Shown piece by piece: positions 59,388 to 64,000 of a DNA stretch of 64,000 nt. The stretch is from Macrostomum lignano (Eukaryota), in NCBI GenBank assembly GCA_002269645.1, contig NIVC01000038.1, forward strand, positions 992,001 to 1,056,000, in the 5' to 3' direction. The notes beneath the pieces are model-generated. The model saw nothing but the letters and a program-made list of their open reading frames with translations, was not told where the DNA came from and did no database searches. Positions within the stretch are counted from its first letter, which is position 1; the number at the start of each line of letters is the position of its first letter. The translations under genes and the position numbers were made by a program.

Positions 59388-59551
59388 AAAGTTTGTTATT
59401 GTGATGGCCACCACGATGCTATATGATTTAAACTAGGAACTATTAAGTGCCATAGTGGATGCATAAATTCATGTGGACCATCTGGCAGAAAAAGGGTTTT
59501 GACACGGATACCATTACTGACTATTTAAAGCAATATCAAGCTAGCAGGCAT

Positions 59552-59938
59552 CAAGTGCAATAATCCTTGGTTTATGGGGGCCGTAGCCCAGCGGTAGCGC
59601 AGCTGCTCTGGTGTGCCAGCGATCCAGGTTCGATTCCAAGTGCAGTCACATTAATTTGGGGCTGAATTCGAATCTCGGCTTGGCTCTGCTCGTGCAATTA
59701 ACGGCCTTGAGAGCCAACCCCCCAAGGCGCAGTGAAGTGTACATGACTAACGATAATATAAAGTTCGGGCCGCTGTACACTCCTGTGTGAGTGTGTGCCT
59801 GCGTACGTATCCGCGCGCATGTATGCCTGCTCAGGGGAGTTAGCGGAATGGGGAGTAATGCCTCTCGCCGGCTGTGTGCCTATGTCGCTTAAACTGCGCC
59901 AGGGTGCACACAACCCCCCTGCCTCTAATAAAAAAATA
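59552..59938 (+). mobile_element. tRNA-derived SINE, full-length
   Basis: A box TAGCCCAGCGG, B box GGTTCGATTCC, A-rich tail, 14-bp TSD AAGCTAGCAGGCAT (59538-59551, 59939-59952). Confidence 0.88.
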
Positions 59939-61934
59939 AAGCTAGCAGGCATAGATCAGCATCACCTAAACCATCTGACAACAAAAATAGTCATAAGAAG
60001 TTTTTGCTGGCAACAATTATAGGAGTCATAAGGACAGTAATTCAGAACTGCTTAGTCAAGTTATAGAGAGAATTAGGCTTTTTAAAAGTTCCAAGCTAAG
60101 AAACTAGCAGCCATCAATAAAAAAGCCTATTCATCCAGTGTCCTATTCCAGGTAACCCATCTTTGTCATCATGCTACTCTCACACTAGTAGACTTGGTGC
60201 TATTACAATTGGACCTGCATTACAATGTCAAGTTAAGGTTATTGAATAGAAAGATTCTATTATATGAGTCATTTGTAATATTTTTGCAAACTTTCTTTAG
60301 TAAAATATTGCATGTCTTTATTAATAAACTTGTCTTACTGTTTTACTTTCGTAGCATTTAGTGTTAGTCGCCTTATTATAAAACTGACCTTCTCACCGCA
60401 TAGTAAGATTGTTTTCGTTTAGTGTAGTAAACCGCGTATGTATTTTACCCTTTTTAAGTGTTATTGCTCTGATTAATCAATTCGTTCATTTAGACAAAAC
60501 TATAATTCTTATTTTCCCTTATTTTTGTAAAATTCCCTACTAAATACAATATTTTGTTTAAATCTGTCCGCCATACAGAGCTAAAATCCTATAAATAGAA
60601 GCAAAATTCTTACCGTACGAAACTCCGTACCGTCTCCATTAATCTGATTAGATCAGCATTATGATCTAAACATAGAAACTGAATCAGACTTATTTATTCA
60701 AAGGCACATGCTGTTCAATAGGGGCGTGTTGCCGCCTTTTCTTCCCCAGGGCGTTCAGTTCTATCCCAAGCTTTCTACCTACCCCAGACGTCTGTCTCTA
60801 ATCTTTTCTCTTTTCCAGACGTTCTGTCTACCCAGGCGTTTAGCCTATCCCTTCAACTCCCTATCTATTAGGCGTCCTGCCTTCTTACCCAATTCTCCAT
60901 TAGGTGCTCCGCTCTCCCTGCCAAAATTTCCCATTAGACATTAGGATTCCCTTTTAGGATAGTGTGCCCCATTTCCCGGGCAACTCTGGTTCATCGCGTA
61001 CCCCTTTCCCCGGACTGAAGTTGATTAGAATAGTTTGTTAGAAAGCGTCTTGCCGCTCGGACACTAACGCTACCGGGGTATTGTTGAAGTATACTCCATA
61101 AAGTAATATTAATAGAAAATTTTCCCTAATTTTAAGAAAGCCCAGAATCTTTCCCTTTAACAATTTGGTGGCAGTGTTCAAGATTAAAATAACCCCACAA
61201 CATATAGGCAACCTGGCACCACAATAGTAGCTATCATTGCAGACTAAAACATGAGTATGCATGAGTACGTCCTTTAACATTTTGGCTAACTTACTAAACC
61301 AGCAATTATTCAGCCCAATGGCTTGAAATGATATATAGCTACAAGTAGCCAATATTTTCAAGAGATCTGAGATTTTCAGTCCAAATGGTTCTCATCCTAT
61401 AACTCAAACAATTTAAACTTCCATCAATCAAACATTTCTTTTTACATTGCTAGAAGGCTAAAAAAGGTCCAAAAGTCTAAAAAGGCTAACATTTCTAGTC
61501 TTTCTCCATGAGGATTAAGCACTTACTAAGGACTGCTCAATTCGAGCTTTATTCAGTGTGTTGCCTACGCAGCCATGGCTCAACTGCTATTCGCTCTATT
61601 TTATAGCCCCTTTGGTAATTCCTCTTTTATGGTCTCTACGAGTTGCAATCATAGGTGCAATTAAGTATTTAGGTGCCTATGTTTAACACTGGCGCCAAGG
61701 TAACATTTACGGCAACTTTGTGGCCCTGGCTTTTTGCCGTAAATGTTAATGTTAATGCCTAACGGCAGCCATTTGCCATAAGAATTATCTGCCCATTAAA
61801 ATGACTTTCTATTTATTTCTGTATCTGCTGGCATTCTTAAGATATGAAAACTTTTCTGCCCCACCCCTGCGCTTCTACAAATTTCCATGTCGTCAATGGC
61901 ATAAGCAATGACATCAACGAATTCAGAAATTGAT

Positions 61935-62370
61935 TGGCACCAACGCCTGACTGACAGTTCGTGAAATTGCGGACATGCTCGGCAGTCTAAAGTCCACTGT
62001 TCGCTATTCTGGAGATTTCTGCATCCATCTTGACGTTTGTTGGGGCGAAAGGTAGCTAAGATGACGTCTGCAATCTGATCACATCTAGAGATGAAATCTG
62101 GATCCCATTTTTTCGACCCTGAAACAAAGGAGAGCCGTGTTTGGACGAGAAAAATATCAAATACCACGGTCAAGGCTCACCGTGATAAGCACTTCGAGAA
62201 GATCATAATGACAATTCTCTTTGATCGTTCTGGCCCATTCACAATCGAGTTCTTAGAAGAAGAGCAGACGATAAATGCTGACTGCTTTTGCGCAACTGTA
62301 CAGAAACTCAAGTCGGGCATCGAAAGCAAGCGTCGGTACGGTGAGAAGCCGTACCTTCTGCACTATTAAA
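61935..62370 (+). mobile_element. Tc1/mariner transposase fragment
   Basis: LTVREIADMLG..KSTV (HTH); RDEIWI; FDPETKE; KIIMTILFD..GPFTIEFL...TINAD...KLKSGI..KR...LLH. Confidence 0.8.
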
Positions 62371-62383
62371 ATAATATTATAAT

Positions 62384-63130
62384 GGATGAACTAGACGCAA
62401 AAGCCTTTGACGATTTGCTAGCCAATTTTACAGTAGACTTGTGTCAAGATGAGGTGGTAACCACCCAGTAGCAACCAAGAGAGGTGGTAGACACCCAACA
62501 GAAACAGGTAGAGGTGGTAGACACCCAACAGAAAAAGGTAGAGGTGGTACACACCCCAAAAGAAGAAGCAATATACACTCAACAGAGGTGGTAATCACCC
62601 AAGAAAGTGCCAAACCAGTTTTAAAATTGATCATTATTAAAAAGACACATTAATCGGATATTACGAGTATTAACCGCACAGTCTTCACGCTCGTCTAGTG
62701 ATACGGAAAAGACAAGCGGAGAGACTGCTAGTCCCTGAAGCCGCACTAATCTGCCAATACCAGGCTGGATCCACACACACGCAGTATGTACCTACGAAGA
62801 GGCCAAGACAACAGCAACAGCACTAGCAACATGGAAAGCCAATACTGACCGGTCTAGTTCATACTCACAATGACAATCAATGCACAGCCGCCGCTCCATC
62901 AGGTGGCCAGGCTGCAACAGCAGCCAGCGCAAGAAGCCCCACCTGTAGTGTACACCAATCAGCGGCTGGCCCAACAGAAGCTGATGTCGTTCGGCGTGAA
63001 CTACTCAGATGTCCTAGCAGGAATTCCAGGCGCGCAACATAAGACCTACAAGCAATTGATTGGCCAATTAAAAATTTACTTAATGAGATTTGTGCTGGAG
63101 GCGAGCTGTCATATACGCCTCCAATCAATA
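62384..63130 (+). pseudogene. Gypsy extra-ORF family relic
   Basis: EVVDTQQ repeats, then FGVNYSDVLAGIPGAQHKTYKQLIGQLKIYLMR, homologous to LGANFSAILNSIPRQRHDYYKYLIGQLKGYLYR at 16.1 kb. Confidence 0.55.
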
Positions 63131-63774
63131 ATGCAATTCGGCTGGGCTTATCAGCAGCTGAAGCTGCGGTATGAGTGTGCTGGACTGGGGCAAACATCAA
63201 CTGGCCAGTACGACACAGTTTACCGACAGAATTCGATATTAATTAACTGCAAACATAACGAACTGACAAATTTAACGTATGGTGGTACAGTTGCAAAATC
63301 ATCATTATTGCCCACATGCTTTGCTCATTATTACTTGCATGTTATGCTCATTATTACTTACATGCAATTGATGTGGCTGCAGCCTTCTGCTGCAAGCATA
63401 GAGCCGCAGTCACATCTTAGGCACTTCTACAGTCCGCAGCTAGTATCTGGAATAGGAACTGTTCTGCTGCCTCCATGCACTCTAAGCAGCCTTCCTTGGC
63501 GCTGAAAAGTCGCGCAATATGGCGCAATCGAGCCGTCCTAATGAGGCTCATTAACATAGGAAATTAGGAAGTTTAGCCTAGGGTTAGTTAGTGGAAGCCG
63601 CCATAATTGGCGCTTGCCTGTACAGTTGTTGCCTGGCCTGCCACGTACGATAGCTCAGTGTACGCCAGCCTAGTTAGCTGCACTCCTCCCCACACGGCAT
63701 GCGAAAATAAAGAACATAATACGCGTAACTAGATGATAGCAAGAGCGTAGCTGAATCAGTGACATTGAAATCAC

Positions 63775-63960
63775 GTGCGCCTTCAAACCAACGCCATTCC
63801 GGCTGCTACCAAGGATAACAGTTTTTTCCCGAAACCGCTCAAGGGAAGGGGATTTTCTGCGCTGGTCAATCGTGGGACGAATTATTGGAACAATTTCATA
63901 AAAACCATGAGTGCGAAGGCTGGATTGCACAAGCAACACACGAACCACTGTATCCTGTAA
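63775..63960 (+). pseudogene. Second Crypton-type tyrosine recombinase fragment
   Basis: FFPKP...RGTNYWNNFIKTMSAKAGLHKQHTNHCI aligns with FFVRP...VGINTLGPLMKTISAKANLSKPYTGHCV of the 13.3-kb gene. Confidence 0.6.
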
Positions 63961-64000
63961 TTATTTACGTTTAATTTACCTGACTGTGATTAATTTTAGG

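Noticed and set aside
59576-59650. tRNA gene
   Set aside because: It has A/B boxes but a poor acceptor/anticodon cloverleaf, and continues into a SINE body with A-tail and TSD.

Overview
Eukaryotic, transposon-dense animal DNA. The minisatellite-filled introns, non-rDNA R2 and RTE/Crypton/Maverick mix suggest a flatworm (Macrostomum-like), but that is inference. 0-12 kb: host DNA with many mini/microsatellites and a 4-exon minus-strand cAMP-dependent protein kinase regulatory-subunit-like gene carrying one homopolymer frameshift. 13.3-15 kb: an intron-containing Crypton-type tyrosine recombinase followed by an 11-6-11 inverted repeat. 15-36.4 kb: nested retroelements. A Ty3/Gypsy element with a -1 slippery site and an extra non-env ORF after pol sits in an older Gypsy relic. 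It was itself hit by an RTE LINE (HDV-like ribozyme core, 17-bp 5' array) and by a tandem three-LTR Ty1/copia. 36.4-45.9 kb: a Maverick/Polinton (adintovirus-like) arm that starts with AGTAGT inside the Gypsy 3' LTR. It carries major capsid, adenain protease, packaging ATPase, a DEDD-like ORF and, most unusually, an intact intronless TBP-like gene. 46-64 kb: RTE fragments, a decayed R2 element outside rDNA whose 5' leader holds several 28S-like motifs, further Gypsy relics, a tRNA-derived SINE with TSD, a mariner fragment and a second Crypton fragment. All calls were made by eye from motifs; no database search was run.
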